From Abditibacteriaceae bacterium (GTDB lineage: Bacteria > Armatimonadota > Abditibacteriia > Abditibacteriales > Abditibacteriaceae), in NCBI GenBank assembly GCA_031425655.1, contig JANPJS010000288.1:1-15934 (forward strand): a stretch of DNA of 15,934 nucleotides, read 5' to 3'. The notes under the pieces are model-generated. The model had not been told where the DNA came from, ran no database searches, and saw nothing but the letters and a program-made list of their open reading frames with translations. Position 1 is the first letter of the stretch; every line of letters starts with the position of its first letter. Shown in pieces: positions 15,928-15,934 of this stretch. The translations under genes were made by a program, and so were the position numbers.

Positions 15928-15934
15928 AAAAAGA

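Noticed and set aside
1..15934. CRISPR array, tRNA/rRNA, IS element or integrase
   Set aside because: No repeat-spacer periodicity, no cloverleaf or rRNA-like sequence, and no transposase or recombinase motifs were seen.

Overview
GC-rich bacterial chromosomal window. The left half holds two tandem paralogous giant Gly/Asn/Thr/Ser-rich surface proteins (1..2838, 5'-truncated by the window; 3190..7380, complete, with a Sec signal peptide). Both are built from internally repeated beta-helix-like modules, an autotransporter-passenger-like cap region and three Calx-beta domains, and both end in the same short acidic tail (...EPSE-stop) with no recognisable anchor or beta-barrel. Each gene is followed by a long hairpin. 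The second hairpin (37 bp with G.U pairs) carries an extended -10 motif at its apex and the predicted GTG start of the next gene in its 3' arm. Next come a coupled pair of exported proteins (a divergent phosphodiester-glycosidase/DUF2233-like protein and an NHL/beta-propeller protein). On the minus strand are a cysteine-less ecotin and a GxSxG alpha/beta-hydrolase. A full-length smc gene follows, and the window ends in a short CGCAGAG repeat. No mobile element, CRISPR array, RNA gene or reverse transcriptase was seen. Best novelty candidates: a possible undescribed C-terminal sorting signal on recombining modular adhesins, a terminator/promoter/leaderless-start hairpin, and a possible two-state 5' leader. 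All family assignments come from recognising motifs by eye, not from database searches.
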